Assembly: GCA_031378345.1 (NCBI GenBank)
Contig: JANNDY010000034.1
Location: forward strand, 107,603-171,602
Length of the DNA: 64,000 bases
Reading direction: 5' to 3'
From: Emticicia sp.
GTDB lineage: Bacteria > Bacteroidota > Bacteroidia > Cytophagales > Spirosomataceae
Within the stretch, counting starts at the first letter, position 1; each line of letters begins with the position of its first letter. The notes below the pieces were generated by a model. The model had not been told where the DNA came from. It was given only the letters and a program-made list of their open reading frames with translations, and ran no database searches. Of the stretch, positions 28,201 to 37,329 are shown piece after piece. Made by a program: the position numbers and the translations under genes.

Positions 28201-29988
28201 TCAAAACCACTCACTCCGCATCTCAATCGTTACGCTATCTTCACTTTGCAGACGTTTTACCAAAGAATCAACTTTCACTAATTCGTATTCGTAAAAATAT
28301 CGCATTGTAGCGAGTTTTCCTTTATAAAAATTTTGGTCTGCTTCGTGTGCATTATCCAATTTTCCGTGAGCCACAATGCCTTGACTCAACCATTGCCAAG
28401 CAATCGTAATGATGCCAAACATCTCTAAATAAAGCGTTGCATCTGCCAAATATCTCTCTGTTTCACCCTTTCCTGCCAAACCTAATAAATAGCCTGTTGC
28501 CTTTTGTGCTTTACCTAAATACTTTTCTAATTTTTCGCTAAATCGCTGTAAATGCAGTATTTGCGAAGCATCGAACATTGTTTTTGAAACTTCTTCAAAG
28601 AAAATTTGTGTAGCTTTTCCATTATGAATCGTAATTTTTCTACCCAATAAATCTATGCCATGAATACCCGTTGTGCCTTCATGAATCGGGTGAATACGTG
28701 CCTCACGATAGAATTGTTCCACAGGAAAATCAGTTGTATAACCAGCCCCACCCAAAATCTGAACTGCCGAACTTGTCGAAAGGCAACACATTTCGGAGGG
28801 ATATGATTTTCCAATTGGCGTAAGCAAATCAAGCAATAAATTAGCTCGTTCTTTGGCTTCTCCTTCCTCTACATGAATCAAATCTGACAATTTACTGCAA
28901 TATAAAAGCAAAGCCAACGAACCCTCAACAACCGATTTCTGAAACAATAACATTCGCTTCACATCTGCATGATTAATGATAGGCGTTTGAGGTTTACTTG
29001 GGTCTTTTTCAGAGATTTTTCTGCCTTGTGGGCGTTCTTTTGCATAGGCCAATGAAGCATAATATGCTGCCGTTCCGATGGCTGTCGCATTTGTGCCAAC
29101 ACCAATTCGAGCCTCATTCATCAACTGAAACATATAGCTCAAGCCCTTGTGTGGTTCGCCTACTAAATAGCCTTCTGCACCATCGTTTGAACCTACGCTT
29201 AAATGTGCTATGGGAGCTCCTTTATAGCCCATTTTATGAAAAATTCCAGCCGTAACTACATCATTATCAACTAATTGTGAGTTTTCGATACGTTTTTGAG
29301 GAACGACAAAAAGTGAAATTCCTTTTGCTCCAATCGGTCCACCTTTTATCTTGGCAAGCATCAAATGAATAACGTTTTCGCAAGCATCATGGTCGCCCGC
29401 TGAGATATAAATTTTCTGACCTTTTATCTTGTAAACACCTTGTTTTTCGGTTGGCTCAGCAGACGTTGAAATATCAGAAAGTGAGCTACCTGCATCGGGT
29501 TCTGTAAGTGCCATTGTGCCTTGCCACTTACCCGAATACATATTGGGCGTGAAAGTATCAATCAATTCTTGCGAACCAAAAGTCCGAATCAGATTAGACG
29601 AACCACCACTCATAAAAGTAAAAATACTCGACGAATAATTGGCAGCCTGAAAAATAAATCCTGCTGCATTTAGCACTGTCATAGGCAATTGTTGACCGCC
29701 TTCTTCATATTTGAAAGCAGCATTTACCCAGCCATCTTCCGCCATTTTTTTTATGATTGGCTTCATTCCTGCATGGATTCTTATTTTTCCGTCAATCAAT
29801 TGTGGCTCATTTCTGTCCATTTCGGTCAGTAACGGCAGCAGCATTTTTTCGGCAATAGCATCGGCTGCACCAAGCACCATTTCAAACGACTCACGGTCAT
29901 GGTCTTGAAAATAAGTATATCGTGTAAGTGCCTCAGTATCAAGCACTTCGAATAGTTGAAATTGTAAATCTCGCTTTGAGTAGAACAT
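28201..29988 (-). CDS. Acyl-CoA dehydrogenase (long, FadE-like)
   Basis: 595 aa; MALTEPDAGSSLSDI, GGAGYTTDFPVEQFYREARIHPIHEGTTGI. Confidence 0.85.
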   Translation of the reverse strand: MFYSKRDLQFQLFEVLDTEALTRYTYFQDHDRESFEMVLGAADAIAEKMLLPLLTEMDRNEPQLIDGKIRIHAGMKPIIKKMAEDGWVNAAFKYEEGGQQLPMTVLNAAGFIFQAANYSSSIFTFMSGGSSNLIRTFGSQELIDTFTPNMYSGKWQGTMALTEPDAGSSLSDISTSAEPTEKQGVYKIKGQKIYISAGDHDACENVIHLMLAKIKGGPIGAKGISLFVVPQKRIENSQLVDNDVVTAGIFHKMGYKGAPIAHLSVGSNDGAEGYLVGEPHKGLSYMFQLMNEARIGVGTNATAIGTAAYYASLAYAKERPQGRKISEKDPSKPQTPIINHADVKRMLLFQKSVVEGSLALLLYCSKLSDLIHVEEGEAKERANLLLDLLTPIGKSYPSEMCCLSTSSAVQILGGAGYTTDFPVEQFYREARIHPIHEGTTGIHGIDLLGRKITIHNGKATQIFFEEVSKTMFDASQILHLQRFSEKLEKYLGKAQKATGYLLGLAGKGETERYLADATLYLEMFGIITIAWQWLSQGIVAHGKLDNAHEADQNFYKGKLATMRYFYEYELVKVDSLVKRLQSEDSVTIEMRSEWF

Positions 29989-30064
29989 AGGTTTATAGGT
30001 TGAACGTTTATTTTATTGAAGATTTTTTGATTACCACGAAGGCACTAAGCTCACCTGAGTTTCA

Positions 30065-30700
30065 CTAAGTGGTTCTCTGTGTTTTCTGTGAACTTAGTGT
30101 TAAAATTATACTCACAACACCCACCGCCAAAATACCTCCTGCAAAAACATCGCTTGGGAAATGCTGAAAAAGGTATATTCTTGAAAAACCGACCAAGATT
30201 GCTACAAAAAGACTAAAAACTCCCCATTTCGATTGTTTTAAAACAAGAGCAACGAAACACGCAAAGGCAAAAGCGGTCATAGTATGACCCGAAGGAAAAC
30301 TCTGCCAATGATATATTTCTAACCCTTTTACCAAGCGAATTGTTTGTCCAGAGTTTTGATAAACCTCCATTGGGCGAGGCAAATTAAATATATTTTTTAA
30401 TGAAACCGAAACAAAAACCTTTGCCAACCATGTAATAATGAGGAGTTTGATTTCTTTTAGCTTCGTGATTTTTTGAAAATAATTCACAAAAGCGAAGAAA
30501 ATCAGCAAACTCAACCAAACAAAGTCTTCTCCCAAGAATGTTACGTACCTAAAAAACACATCGAGGAAGTAATTATGGTGTCGATTGACCCAAAACATCA
30601 ACTCTGTTGGTGAATAAAAAATCTGTAATAATGCTCCCACAATGACCCAAAGCAAGAAAACAAGAAAAAACAAGCGGTTATTAATAAGTATTTTAAGCAT
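30065..30700 (-). CDS. PAP2-family phosphatase
   Basis: PAP2 motifs KNIFNLPRP, SFPSGHT, SRIYLFQHFPSDV. Confidence 0.8.
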   Translation of the reverse strand: MLKILINNRLFFLVFLLWVIVGALLQIFYSPTELMFWVNRHHNYFLDVFFRYVTFLGEDFVWLSLLIFFAFVNYFQKITKLKEIKLLIITWLAKVFVSVSLKNIFNLPRPMEVYQNSGQTIRLVKGLEIYHWQSFPSGHTMTAFAFACFVALVLKQSKWGVFSLFVAILVGFSRIYLFQHFPSDVFAGGILAVGVVSIILTLSSQKTQRTT

Positions 30701-30737
30701 TTTCTCTAAGAAACTTTCGTAATTCCAAAATTAGCCG

Positions 30738-30745
30738 TAAATTTG
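30738..30745 (+). promoter_or_regulatory. Bacteroidota -7 promoter box of the DUF177-rpmF-plsX-fabH cluster
   Basis: Perfect taaatttg. It overlaps the TTG start used by the ORF track, which argues for the downstream GTG start. Confidence 0.4.
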
Positions 30746-30763
30746 CAACCTTTCTGTGAAAAC

Positions 30764-31306
30764 GTGAGCAAGATACTATCAAAATATGACATTCACATTC
30801 AAGGACTCGAAGATAAGCGTTATACGCTTGATTTTGAGGGCGAGAATGCTTTTTTCGAGGCTTTTGAACAAGACCTTATCACAAAAGGTAGTTTCAAAGC
30901 GGTCGTAAAATTAAATAAAAATTCATCTTTTATTCAGTTGGATTTTGAGATTACGGGCATTGTTGAATTAATGTGCGACCGAAGTCTTGAATTATTTGAT
31001 GAGCCGATTCATACTTTTGACAAGTATATTTATAAATTTGGCGACCGTTACGAAGAAATCACCGACGAACTCGAAATGATTCCTCACGGTGCCGCAACTA
31101 TAAATATTGCCCAGCATATTTATGATTTCATAGCGATAACAATTCCTATGAAAAGGCTTCATCCAAGATTCAGAGATGAAGAAATTGACGAAGAAGGCTT
31201 GCTCCTTTATTCAACCGATAAAGAAACCGTTGAAGAAAAAGCACAAGAAATTGACCCTCGTTGGGCAGCCTTAGGTAAATTAAGAATTGAGAATAGAGAA
31301 TTATGA
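30764..31306 (+). CDS. YceD/DUF177 family protein (ribosome large-subunit accumulation)
   Basis: Conserved position upstream of rpmF; acidic C-terminus. GTG start at 30764 chosen because 30743 lies inside the promoter box. Confidence 0.7.
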   Translation: MSKILSKYDIHIQGLEDKRYTLDFEGENAFFEAFEQDLITKGSFKAVVKLNKNSSFIQLDFEITGIVELMCDRSLELFDEPIHTFDKYIYKFGDRYEEITDELEMIPHGAATINIAQHIYDFIAITIPMKRLHPRFRDEEIDEEGLLLYSTDKETVEEKAQEIDPRWAALGKLRIENREL

Positions 31307-31356
31307 ATTCAAGTACACGAGATTTTCTCCGAATTCTATTTTCTTCCTTATTATAT

Positions 31357-31364
31357 ATAAATTT
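31357..31364 (+). promoter_or_regulatory. Bacteroidota -7 promoter box upstream of rpmF
   Basis: taaatttg, 27 nt upstream of the ATG at 31391. Confidence 0.35.
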
Positions 31365-31390
31365 GTTACATAGTTATTTAAAATAGTAAA

Positions 31391-31582
31391 ATGGCACATC
31401 CTAAAAGAAGACATTCGACAAGTAGAAGAGATAAGCGTAGAACGCATGATTCTTTATCAACCAAAGCATTATCTGTAGATGCTACAACAGGCGAAATCCA
31501 CGTTCGTCACCGTGCTCACGTATTTGAAGGCAATTTGTTCTACAAAGGCAAATTGGTTGCAGAAGGCTACCAAAAGGTTTAA
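31391..31582 (+). CDS. rpmF: 50S ribosomal protein L32
   Basis: MAHPKRRHSTSRRDKRRTH. Confidence 0.9.
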   Translation: MAHPKRRHSTSRRDKRRTHDSLSTKALSVDATTGEIHVRHRAHVFEGNLFYKGKLVAEGYQKV

Positions 31583-31709
31583 AGTTTAATGCTTGCGATT
31601 GGTTGCTGGTTACTTTAATTTGTATGTATTTTGGTTCAAAAAATCCAATTTGCAGCTACCAGTAGCTAATGCCCAAAAACAAATATTTACTCACCAAAGA
31701 GATTGCTTT

Positions 31710-32651
31710 ATGAAAATTGCCGTTGATGTTATGGGGGGCGATTTTGCTCCCAAAGCCATCGTCGAAGGTGCTGTCATAGCCGCCAATCAGTTGCCCGAAG
31801 GAGTTAAGCTGGTACTGATTGGTAAACAAAGTATAATGCTCGATATTTTGCGTACGCTAAAATATCCTGCAAATGCTATTGAAATGGTCAATGCTGATGA
31901 TGTCATCGAAATGAGTGAGCATCCTACACGAGCATTTTCTCAAAAACCCAATTCCAGTATTGGAGTTGGGTTTAGACTTTTAAAAGAAAAACAAGTTGAT
32001 GCTTTTTGTAGTGCTGGAAATACCGGTGCTATGATGGTTGGTTCACTTTTTACAGTCAAAACCGTTGGAAATATTCAACGCCCACCCATTGCGGGTTTTC
32101 TTCCTTTGAAAAACGGTAATTATAGCCTAATGCTCGACATTGGAGCTAATGCCGACTGCAAACCAGAGGTTCTTGCCGAATTTGCCGAACTTGGCTCTCT
32201 ATATTCCAAATTTGCCTTTGGCATCGACCGCCCAAAAGTTGCTTTACTAAATATTGGTGAAGAAGAACAAAAAGGCTCTACTGTTGTGCAAGCTGCTTAC
32301 CAATTATTAAAAATCAATAAGAAAATAAACTTTATCGGAAATGTTGAAGGTCGTGATTTGTTTGATGGCAAAGCCGACGTAATCATCACCGAAGGATTTA
32401 CGGGGAATGTGATTTTTAAAATGGGCGAATCTTTTTATGACTATGCTGCTTCAAAAGGAATCAAAGACCCTTTGATTGACCGCATGAATTATGAAGTTGG
32501 CGGTGGAAGTCCTATCATCGGTATCAAAGGAAATGTAATTGTAGCCCATGGTATTTCTACGCCCGAAGCTATCAAAAACATGATTTTCTTGGCAAAACGT
32601 CAAATCGAATCAAGAGTAACTGAGCACATAATTGAGGCTTACGAAGATTAA
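31710..32651 (+). CDS. plsX: Phosphate acyltransferase PlsX
   Basis: Internal ATG MKIAVDVMGGDFAPKA; SAGNTGAMM; TEGFTGNV. Confidence 0.9.
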   Translation: MKIAVDVMGGDFAPKAIVEGAVIAANQLPEGVKLVLIGKQSIMLDILRTLKYPANAIEMVNADDVIEMSEHPTRAFSQKPNSSIGVGFRLLKEKQVDAFCSAGNTGAMMVGSLFTVKTVGNIQRPPIAGFLPLKNGNYSLMLDIGANADCKPEVLAEFAELGSLYSKFAFGIDRPKVALLNIGEEEQKGSTVVQAAYQLLKINKKINFIGNVEGRDLFDGKADVIITEGFTGNVIFKMGESFYDYAASKGIKDPLIDRMNYEVGGGSPIIGIKGNVIVAHGISTPEAIKNMIFLAKRQIESRVTEHIIEAYED

Positions 32652-32811
32652 TATTAGGCCTTCATTGTTACATAAACTATTGGATATCAACTGTTTAGTT
32701 AATTTCAAAGACATCAGTTCTTATTGCTGTATATTTAGAAATTTACCATTATCCTAAACCAAACGGTCAGACCATCGGTGCATTACCTTCGGTACAACCT
32801 TACTACAATAA

Positions 32812-33798
32812 ATGAAACTAAAAGCAGCCATCACAGGCGTTCATGGCTATGTGCCAGAAGATATTTTATCGAATGAAGATTTAGCAAAATTGGTAGAGAC
32901 CAACGACGAGTGGATTGTTACTCGAACAGGTATCAAAGAACGCCACATTCAGCGAGGCGATGGTTTGGCTACTTCTCACATGGCATCTGCGGCTGTGAAA
33001 GGATTGCTCGAAAAAACAGGCACTGACCCAAAAGACATCGAATTAGTCATTTGTGCAACAGTTACGCCTGACTATATGTTTCCTTCTACTGCTAATTTGG
33101 TTTGTACGCAATGTGGCATTCCAACCATTGGAAGTTTTGATATTTTGGCTGCTTGTTCAGGCTTTTTATATGCTTTATCTGTTGGCTCTCAATTCATTGA
33201 GTCGGGCAGATACAAAAAAGTAATCGTTATTGGAGCGGATAAAATGTCGGCAATTGTTGATTATACCGACCGCACCACTTGCGTACTTTTTGGTGATGGT
33301 GCAGGAGCAGTTTTGCTCGAACCAACTACCGAAAACTGTGGCTTAATGGACTTCATTCTTCGTTCGGACGGCACTGGCGAAAATCATTTGATTATGAAAG
33401 GTGGTGGAAGTCGTTTCCCTGCAAGCTACGAAACAGTTGATAATAAATGGCATAATATTCACCAAGAAGGTCCTTCTGTGTTCAAGTTTGCTGTTACGAA
33501 TATGGCAAACGTTTCTGCCGAAATAATGGAGAAAAATAATTTGACTGGTGATGATATTGCTTGGTTAGTGCCTCATCAAGCAAACAAACGTATCATTGAT
33601 GCAACGGCTCGCCGTATGGGAATTGAAGATGAAAAGGTGATGCTCAATATTCAAAATTATGGCAATACTACTGCCGCAACTATTCCACTTTGCTTGTTTG
33701 ACTACGAAAATCAATTAAAAAAAGGCGATAATTTGATATTGGCTGCCTTTGGCGGTGGATTTACTTGGGGAGCCGCTTATGTAAAATGGGCATACTAA
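32812..33798 (+). CDS. fabH: 3-oxoacyl-ACP synthase III
   Basis: [29 protein letters not shown]. Confidence 0.9.
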   Translation: MKLKAAITGVHGYVPEDILSNEDLAKLVETNDEWIVTRTGIKERHIQRGDGLATSHMASAAVKGLLEKTGTDPKDIELVICATVTPDYMFPSTANLVCTQCGIPTIGSFDILAACSGFLYALSVGSQFIESGRYKKVIVIGADKMSAIVDYTDRTTCVLFGDGAGAVLLEPTTENCGLMDFILRSDGTGENHLIMKGGGSRFPASYETVDNKWHNIHQEGPSVFKFAVTNMANVSAEIMEKNNLTGDDIAWLVPHQANKRIIDATARRMGIEDEKVMLNIQNYGNTTAATIPLCLFDYENQLKKGDNLILAAFGGGFTWGAAYVKWAY

Positions 33799-33905
33799 GT
33801 GCAAAAGCACAATTAAGAATGTAGAATTAAGGGTGGGTAATATCTACTTATTAAACACAACGACTTGATTATCAGATATTTAGAAATAAAAAATAAGAAT
33901 TAGTA

Positions 33906-34478
33906 ATGGCAAATACAGCAGATTTCAGAAATGGCCTTTGTTTAGAATATAACAACGACCTTTATACAATTACAGAGTTCCAACATGTAAAACCTGGCAA
34001 AGGTCCAGCTTTTGTTAGAACAAAATTAAGAAATCTTCGTACAGGAAGAGTAATTGATAATACTTTTAATGCAGGAGTAACAATTACTACCGCAAGAATT
34101 GAAAAAAGAGAATATCAGTTTCTTTATAAAGATGAAACAGGCTATAATTTCATGGAAAATGAAAATTATGAGCAGTTTAATTTGGACGAAAAATTAGTTC
34201 CACAAGCCGATTTGATGAAAGACGGTCAGTTGGTTTCAGTACTTGTTCATGCCGAAACAGAAACTATTTTGAGCGTAGAATTACCTCAGTATGTAGAATT
34301 ACGGGTAACTTATACCGAGCCAGGCTTACGAGGAGATACAAGTAATAGCCCCATGAAACCTGCAACAGTGGAAACTGGTGCAACCATAAAAGTACCTTTA
34401 TTTATTGAAAACGACGAATTGATAAGAGTAAATACGCTTACTTACGAATACGACGCAAGAGTAAAAGAAGGAAGATAA
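33906..34478 (+). CDS. efp: Elongation factor P
   Basis: FRNGLCLEYNNDLYTITEFQHVKPGKGPAFVRTKLRN. Confidence 0.9.
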   Translation: MANTADFRNGLCLEYNNDLYTITEFQHVKPGKGPAFVRTKLRNLRTGRVIDNTFNAGVTITTARIEKREYQFLYKDETGYNFMENENYEQFNLDEKLVPQADLMKDGQLVSVLVHAETETILSVELPQYVELRVTYTEPGLRGDTSNSPMKPATVETGATIKVPLFIENDELIRVNTLTYEYDARVKEGR

Positions 34479-34509
34479 TAAATTATTGGAAAAATATTAA
34501 AAACATATC

Positions 34510-34604
34510 AAAGACGATAGCTTTTTGAATTTGAAAAGTGGAATTTAGAAATAAAATTTTCAAAATATCTACCTTTTTCAAATTTCTTTGAAGGTATCGT
34601 CTTT
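34510..34604 (+). terminator. Long imperfect hairpin followed by a T-run (efp terminator/attenuator)
   Basis: aaagacgata (34510-34519) pairs with tatcgtcttt (34595-34604), with further internal pairing (aatttgaaaa / ttttcaaatt). Followed by ctttcttttt. Confidence 0.4.
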
Positions 34605-34609
34605 CTTTT

Positions 34610-34617
34610 TACATTTG
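34610..34617 (+). promoter_or_regulatory. Bacteroidota -7 promoter box upstream of accB
   Basis: tacatttg, 41 nt upstream of the ATG at 34658. Confidence 0.4.
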
Positions 34618-34657
34618 CAAAGCAAATACTTAAACCCACGAATAATCTCTACCCTTC

Positions 34658-35137
34658 ATGGAAAAAAAAGACATTCAAAAATTAATAGATTTCATATCTC
34701 AGTCAGGTTTAGACGAAGTAAACATCGAAACTTCAGAGTTGAAATTGGCTATCAAACGTTATTCTAATGCAGTTCCTGTGGCAGTTCAAGCACAGCCAAC
34801 TTATGCTGCACCAGTACCCGTTGCTGCTCCTGCACAAGTTCAGCAAGTTGCTGCTGCCGCTCCTGTTGCTGCTGCACCAGTTGCCGAAGCAAGCAATTTA
34901 GTAACAATCAAATCTCCAATGATTGGTACTTTCTATCGTTCGGCAGGACCCGACAAGCCAAACTTTGCTGAAATTGGTGATGATGTTGAAATAGGAAAAG
35001 TTGTTTGTATCATCGAAGCGATGAAACTTTTCAACGAAATCGAATCTGAAATTTCGGGTAAAATCGTAAAGATTTTAGTCGAAAATGCTACACCAGTTGA
35101 GTTTGACCAGCCTTTGTTCTTGGTTGAGCCAGTTTAA
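34658..35137 (+). CDS. accB: Acetyl-CoA carboxylase biotin carboxyl carrier protein
   Basis: Ala/Pro-rich linker and biotinyl-lysine motif CIIEAMKLFNEI. Confidence 0.9.
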   Translation: MEKKDIQKLIDFISQSGLDEVNIETSELKLAIKRYSNAVPVAVQAQPTYAAPVPVAAPAQVQQVAAAAPVAAAPVAEASNLVTIKSPMIGTFYRSAGPDKPNFAEIGDDVEIGKVVCIIEAMKLFNEIESEISGKIVKILVENATPVEFDQPLFLVEPV

Positions 35138-35152
35138 AAACTAATAAAAACG

Positions 35153-35398
35153 ATGCAATTACAAGTTTTAAAAGATAGTTTTGGAAAAAATACAGGAGTA
35201 TTTATCCCTATTGAAGACTGGAATATTATCAGTCAAAAACATGAAGATTTAAAGGCATTGGTTAATCTACCAAAAACTAAAAAGAAAATTACTGATTTGG
35301 TCGGAGCGTTATCTGACGAAACAGCAAATGCTATGCTTAAAGAGGTAAAAGAAGGTCGAGAAGATTGGGAAACAAGATTAAATAAACAGTTTAATTGA
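35153..35398 (+). CDS. Putative antitoxin partnered with the PIN toxin
   Basis: 81-aa ORF whose stop overlaps the PIN gene start (tgATG). No family recognised. Confidence 0.45.
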   Translation: MQLQVLKDSFGKNTGVFIPIEDWNIISQKHEDLKALVNLPKTKKKITDLVGALSDETANAMLKEVKEGREDWETRLNKQFN

Positions 35399-35778
35399 TG
35401 TATTTATTAGATACAAATGTAGTGATTCACTACTTAAACAAAGCTTTACCTACCCAATCAATTATATTTTTGAACGAGTTTATTGACGAACATTGCTATG
35501 TTTCGGCAATTACTCAGATGGAAATATTGGGTTTTAACTTCAAAAACAAAATTGACCAAAATATTATCGAAACTTTTATAGAAAATGCCACCGTTTTAGA
35601 TATATATTCAGATGTCATTCAAAAAACTATACGCATACGGAAAAGTAGAAAAATAGACCTTCCAGATGCTATTATTGCAGCAACAGCTTTAGTTTATGAC
35701 TTTACACTCATTACTCAAAACATGAAAGATTTTGAAAAAATTCAAGGTTTAAAAACGCTAAATTCATTTGAGTTGTAA
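35398..35778 (+). CDS. vapC: PIN-domain toxin (VapC-like)
   Basis: MYLLDTNVVIHYL..; acidic residues at the expected spacing (E..D..LITQN). Confidence 0.75.
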   Translation: MYLLDTNVVIHYLNKALPTQSIIFLNEFIDEHCYVSAITQMEILGFNFKNKIDQNIIETFIENATVLDIYSDVIQKTIRIRKSRKIDLPDAIIAATALVYDFTLITQNMKDFEKIQGLKTLNSFEL

Positions 35779-35788
35779 CAAATAATTT

Positions 35789-36676
35789 TTGATGAAAAAT
35801 ATACTACTTTTTGCTGTTATAACTTTATTTTATGCTTGTAAAACAAAAGAAGTAGTTACGCCAAACCGCCCACCAAGTGCTTTTACGGTTACACCGACTT
35901 TGAAAGGCGATGGGAAAACAATTACATTAAACTGGACAAAAGCCAAAGACCCAGATGGTGATGTCATAACTTACACAGTAGTTTTAAAAGATACTTTGGC
36001 AAAAAACATTAGCGATACAACTTATACGATTGCCAATTTAGATTTTAATTATAGCCAAACAGGAAAAGTAATAGCCAAAGATGCCAAAGGATTAAAGACA
36101 GAGACGAGTTTTACGGCTACGACTAAAGTTCAAGTTTTTGTAAATATTCCAGACCCAATTTTCGAGAAATATTTGATTGACAATAAGATTGATAAAGATG
36201 GAGTAGTGAATGGTAAGATGAATGTTGATGATGCGAAGGGGGTAACAGAAATTAGTGTAAATAGTAAGAGCATAAAAAGCCTTGCTGGAATTGAAGTGTT
36301 TACGGATTTGCAAGCGTTGCGTTGTTCTAATAATCAATTAACAACTTTAGATGTTAGTAAAAATGTAAATTTGTATCGTTTGTTTTGTCCCAATAATCAA
36401 TTAACAACCTTAGATGTTAATAAAAATTTACAAGCCTTAGAATGTTCTTCTAATCAACTAACAGTTTTAGATGTAACTAAAAATATAGATTTAGTGACTT
36501 TTGATTGCTCATATAATCAATTAACGACTTTAGATATAAGTAAAAATGCAGTTTTACAGAACTTTTCTTGTAGTTCTAATTTAATCAAAACTATTTGCGT
36601 AGCTGATAAAGTTAAAGCTGATGCAAATAAAAATTGGTATAAAGATAAGGCAGCCACATACGAAGTTTGTAAATAA
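35789..36676 (+). CDS. Lipoprotein with an Fn3-like N-domain and leucine-rich repeats
   Basis: Lipobox FYAC. 21-residue repeats C-S-x-NQLTTLDVSKN.. four times plus a terminal partial repeat, also near-repeated at the DNA level (aataatcaattaacaac-ttagatgtta). Confidence 0.7.
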   Translation: MMKNILLFAVITLFYACKTKEVVTPNRPPSAFTVTPTLKGDGKTITLNWTKAKDPDGDVITYTVVLKDTLAKNISDTTYTIANLDFNYSQTGKVIAKDAKGLKTETSFTATTKVQVFVNIPDPIFEKYLIDNKIDKDGVVNGKMNVDDAKGVTEISVNSKSIKSLAGIEVFTDLQALRCSNNQLTTLDVSKNVNLYRLFCPNNQLTTLDVNKNLQALECSSNQLTVLDVTKNIDLVTFDCSYNQLTTLDISKNAVLQNFSCSSNLIKTICVADKVKADANKNWYKDKAATYEVCK

Positions 36677-36714
36677 AAACATTAATGCATTGAAAAACCA
36701 AGCCAAATAAGCAC

Positions 36715-36939
36715 ATGACAACAATTCAAATAAATTTGCCAGATGATTTGGTAAATAAGTTATCAAAGTTAAATACTAATGCAGAAGCATTTATTATTTC
36801 TTTACTTCGCTCTCGCATAATGACCTCAGACAAGGAGTTAACCCTTGCTGATGAGTACCGTTTGGCAGGTGTTGAAAACAAACAACTCATGCAAGATTTT
36901 AAGAATGTGGACTTAGAAAATTGGGAAGATGCTTACTAA
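36715..36939 (+). CDS. Ribbon-helix-helix-type antitoxin (MazE position)
   Basis: 74 aa, MTTIQINLPDDLVNKLS (RHH beta-strand pattern). Overlaps the MazF gene by 11 nt. Confidence 0.5.
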   Translation: MTTIQINLPDDLVNKLSKLNTNAEAFIISLLRSRIMTSDKELTLADEYRLAGVENKQLMQDFKNVDLENWEDAY

Positions 36940-37270
36940 ACGAGGCGAAATTTGGCTTGCTAATCTTGACCCTACGGTGGGAAATGAAATTCAGAAAACC
37001 CGCCCAGTTGTGGTTGTGTCTAATGACGTAAACAACAAACATAATCAGGTTATTACGATTTTGCCTATTACGTCTAATGTTACAAATATATTTTTTTTTG
37101 AAGTTTTTTTGCCCAAAGGCGTTGCCAATTTACCCAAAGACTCAAAAGTTAAAGCCGACCAAATTCATGCTATTGATAAAAGTCGTTTAGCTAAACGCAT
37201 TGGCATTTTGCCCGAATCTTTTCTTTTGCTCATTGAAAATGCCATAAAACACCATTTGAATCTAAGTTAA
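36929..37270 (+). CDS. mazF: MazF/PemK-family endoribonuclease toxin
   Basis: RGEIWLANLDPTVGNEIQKTRPVVVVSND..ILPITSN. Confidence 0.8.
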   Translation: MLTKRGEIWLANLDPTVGNEIQKTRPVVVVSNDVNNKHNQVITILPITSNVTNIFFFEVFLPKGVANLPKDSKVKADQIHAIDKSRLAKRIGILPESFLLLIENAIKHHLNLS

Positions 37271-37329
37271 TTATAAAAATTCGATAGAAATGCTGTATTT
37301 TTTACAGCTAATTATTTACAGAAAATAGA

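Noticed and set aside
30036-30108. cactaag word three times (two direct, one inverted) around the PAP2 stop as a possible repeat element
   Set aside because: There is only an 8-bp stem (cactaagt/acttagtg) with a 21-nt loop, and no other copies in the window. It is most simply a weak terminator overlapping the gene end.
30743-30763. TTG start codon given by the ORF track for the DUF177 gene
   Set aside because: The TTG sits inside a perfect TAAATTTG -7 promoter box (30738-30745), so it is unlikely to be transcribed as coding sequence. The in-frame GTG at 30764 is preferred.
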